In this document: one piece after another, positions 47,921 through 51,784 of the stretch
Position numbering within the stretch: position 1 is the first letter of the stretch
Layout of the letters: every line of letters begins with the position of its first letter
Assembly (NCBI RefSeq): GCF_001194135.2
Contig: NC_068993.1
Location: 61,907,947 to 61,959,730, forward strand
DNA: 51,784 nt
DNA from: Octopus bimaculoides
Lineage: Eukaryota
Reading direction: 5' to 3'
Translations under genes and position numbers: made by a program
The notes under the pieces: generated by a model
The model's input: only the letters and a program-made list of their open reading frames with translations
Database searches by the model: none
Told to the model about the DNA's origin: nothing

Positions 47921-48914
47921 CCATCATCTGCCAATGGGGTAAACTAGAGAACCCTCCACAAAAATTTCGGGTCTTGTGCCTAGAGTTGTGCCAGTGGCAC
48001 ATAAATAGCACCATTCAAGCATGATTGTCACCAGCGTCGCCTTTGAGCATTGCCAGTGCCGCTGGACTGTCCCCTGTGCAGGTGGCATGTAAAATACACC
48101 ATTTTGAGCGTGGCCGTTGCCAGTACCACCTGACTGGCCTTCGTGGCACGTAAAAGCACCCACTACATTCTCAGAATGGTTGGCGTTAGGAAGGGCACCC
48201 AGCTGTAGAAACTCTGCCAAATCAGATTGGAGCCTGATGTAGCCATCTTGCTCGCCAGTCCTCAGTCAAATCGTCCAACCCATGCTAGCATGGAAAGCGG
48301 ACGTTAAACAATGATGGTGATGATATATATCAAAAGGATGTGTTATAATTTTATTCCGGAGCCATACCAACAATCCAATAATATTATTCCACGTATACAA
48401 AACAACCAAGTTGAAGAGTTGGGAGATTTGACTGACTCATCAAGCAGATCCCTGTTGTAATTTTGCAACAAGCCAGCCTTGATTGAGCAAGCCATGATTT
48501 AATGATCCCTTTGTAATTCAGCCCCAAGATTTATGATCATAGACATTCCAAAAAAGACCATTGCAACATTTTTTTTATTCAGGCATAGTGTATCTAAAAC
48601 TACACTATTTAATATGTCTCTTCCATTTTAAAACTTGCAAAGGCATAATTTAGCTGTGATTTCTAGCAGATAAAGAGTTCTCACAGAGCTTCTTTCTATT
48701 TAAAAGAGGCAAAAATGATTTAAAATGAAAAAAAAAAAGACAAACAAACCAACTTGTGACAAGATTTAATTTCAGAAAACATTCTTTATTAAGGAAAAAG
48801 CAGTAATTATATAAAAGATATATATTTATATATATATAACAAACAGTGGATTTATCTTAGAATATTCATGAACAAAATAATGATAATAGTAGTCATACTA
48901 GTAGTAGTAGTAAT

Positions 48915-49360
48915 AATAAAAGGTTCAAATTTTGCCACATGGGCAGCAATTTGAGGGGGGGGGATGAGTCGCTTACATCGACCCCAGTAGGGTGTATATG
49001 TCAATTTGAACTTCTCTCTTTGAATTTTCCATATTCTCTTGTGAGCTTTAATATTCTCTTCAACTCTAGGCACAATACTGCAAAGCACTTCGCCTGGCAT
49101 GCCAACATTTCTGCCAGCTCACCACCTTAATAATAATAATAATAATCTTTTCTACTCTAGGCACAAGGCCTGAAATTTTGGGGGAATAGGCCAGTAGATT
49201 AGATCAACTCCAGTACGCAACTCGTACTTAATTTATTAACCCTCCCGCCAGTAGGATGAAAGACAAAGTCAACCTCGGTGGAATTTGAACTCACAATGTG
49301 AAGACAGATGAAATACCACTAAGCATTTCACCTGGCATGCTAATGTTTCTGCCAACTAGC
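48915..49360 (-). mobile_element. Two tandem family-A SINEs
   Basis: Same head, body and (ATT)n tail as 2437-2978. Confidence 0.8.
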
Positions 49361-50293
49361 CTGCATTATGTGAGCTTTAATATTAGCACTTCTAATGTGA
49401 TGAACCGATGCTGTATGTACAAATTTATATGAAGTAATATATATTTTTCTGAAGCATTTAATGGATTGAAGTTTTACTTTTCATATATGGACTGATAACC
49501 CAGAATTTCGTCTCAAATCCAGAATATTCCATAATATCATCATCATCGTTGTTTAACGTCTGTTTTCCATGCTGGCATGGGTTGGACGGTTTCACTGAGG
49601 TCTGGAGAACCAGTGGCTGTACCAGGCTCCAATCTGATCTGGCAATATTTCTACCGCTGGATGCCCTTCCTAATGCCAACCACTCTCTCTGAGAGTGTAG
49701 TAGATGCTTTTTACGTGCCACCAGCACAGGAGTCATATATTGTGAACTTGGATCCTAGTAGTTTATCACTTGGAGCAGTCAGGCAGCGTACCTATTAATT
49801 TAGATCACCAGTAGCCTAAACCCTTCCTATTTTGTATATGTGTGCGTGTGTGTATACGGATATATGTATGCATGTATGATACACACATAGCGACATTCAC
49901 ACAATGACCAAATAAAGAAGAGAACATGTGAAGAGAATAAAACAGAAAACATCTTTATTTCATTCAGTTACAGACACATGGTTGTATAAATCTGTAGGTA
50001 TTTAATAAGTTTAAATTCATTTAATTATTCACTAATAACAATTTCATATATTTTTCTTAGATATATATATATAGTTATATAACTGGTTTCAAAATTTGGC
50101 ACAGGGCCAGCAATTTTAGGAGAGGGAAATAACCGATTACATCAACCTCCAGTATTCAACTGATACTTATTTTATTGACCCCCGAAGGGATGAAAGGTAA
50201 CATCAATTTCGGCAAAATATGAACTGAGAATGCAAAGAGCATTTTGTCTGATGTGCAAATGGTTCGGCCAACTTACATAGCTATATACATACA

Positions 50294-50324
<31 letters not shown>

Positions 50325-50456
50325 TATACATACACACACACACATATATATATATATAAATACATAAACATACATACATATATATATATATAAATACATA
50401 AACATACATACATACACATACATATATATTCATACATATATATATATACATATACA

Positions 50457-50562
<106 letters not shown>

Positions 50563-51473
50563 AGGTGAGGTTAGAGCATTGAGCTTAAGATCGTGAGGTC
50601 ATGAGTTCGAACCCCAGACCAGGCTGCGTGTTGTGTTCTTGAACAAGACACTTTATTTCACAGAAATGAGTTGCGACATCACTGGTGCCAAGCTGTATCG
50701 GCCCCTTTGCCTTTCCCTTGGATAACATCAGTGGCGTGGAGAGGGGAGGTTGGTATGCATGGATGACTGCTGGTCTTCCATAAAAACAACCTTGCCCGGA
50801 CTTGTGCCTTGGAGGGTAACTTTCTAGGTGCAATCCCATGGTCATTTGTGACCGAAGGGGGTCTCAGCATATATCTATACATATACACATACACACATAT
50901 ATGTACGTATATACGCATGCACGCACACACACACATACACACACACAAAAGCACTTCATTGGAATTTAAGTTGATATTCAAGAATCCAAGTTTCACGTTG
51001 ACCAAAAACCAACATTTATTCCACAAGGACCCAGATCACAAAGGACATTCTAACATAACAGCTGACCGAATGAGGTACGAGATCACAGGTAGAACAAGTT
51101 GTTGACTCTTCCAACATAAATTTCTGCACACAAATTCATGTGTAAGTTCAGGAAAAAGTAATCATTCATAAATGATAGCGTTGATTATCTCCCTTGTTAA
51201 AGTGCCGTGCAAATAATTTAATTTCATTCAATCCTAAATGGTAATGTATCCTTTTGTGATTTTAAATTTTCGCTGAATAATTGTTGACATCCACCAACAT
51301 GAAACCTTGGAGTCTAGATTATTGGCATAGATTCCATTAAAGGATTTATAATCCACCTTCGTGGTGTTGAATACTTTTTACTAGCCTATTAAGATGAATG
51401 TGTGTGTGTGCATGTGCGTGCGTAACACTTTAACTTTGTTTCAGCTCAAGAGCTGGGGCACTGCCGTTATGTA

Positions 51474-51527
<54 letters not shown>

Positions 51528-51541
51528 TATATATATATGTA

Positions 51542-51784
51542 ACAAAACCTTTTAGAAAAGGAGTAGGTAGTAACTCTATAAGATGTACCCGGTGCAAGCT
51601 ATGGACACATAAGAGGTGCAGCAACATCAAAGGCAGGTTAACTAGCAAGTTAGTTTTTGTTTGTGGCAGATGTTCAGGTGCAATAAAGACTGCAAACAAA
51701 CAGGAAACAACTTCTATCTCATTCCAGGGTGAAAAACTAGAGGTAGTCGATAGCTTCCGCTATCTGGGCGACCAAGTTAGTAGT
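51542..51784 (+). mobile_element. RTE-clade LINE ORF fragment, running off the window
   Basis: Open frame RKGVGSNSIRCTRCKLWTHKRCSNIKGRLTSKLVFVCGRC...EKLEVVDSFRYLGDQVSS: Cys-rich insert followed by the RT thumb motif EVV..F.YLG. Confidence 0.82.

Overview
AT-rich, intron-rich animal genomic DNA with seven N-gaps and dense microsatellites. The SINE families suggest an octopus or other coleoid cephalopod (inference). I assembled two convergent spliced genes by hand from GT-AG sites and codon phase. (1) Plus strand, 6957-16790: nine exons of a TINAGL1/Swim-like secreted papain-fold pseudo-protease; its 5' exons (signal peptide, SMB domain) were not found in the window. (2) Minus strand, 42502-19012: a 21-coding-exon CENP-C-like gene of about 710-718 aa, with the Mif2/CENP-C-type N-terminal motif and a C-terminal cupin domain. 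About one third of this protein comes from eight separately spliced, tandemly duplicated phase-1/phase-1 exons rich in Lys, Ser and Pro, and no canonical CENP-A-binding CENP-C motif is visible in the readable sequence. The rest is tRNA-derived SINEs, RTE-type LINE/SINE tails, a mariner remnant, several MITEs, Penelope-like hammerhead remnants and a deleted LTR retrotransposon with a tRNA-Trp primer site in the CENP-C 5' region. Most entries in the supplied ORF track are microsatellite, gap or repeat artefacts. Repeat boundaries are approximate; exon boundaries were counted base by base.
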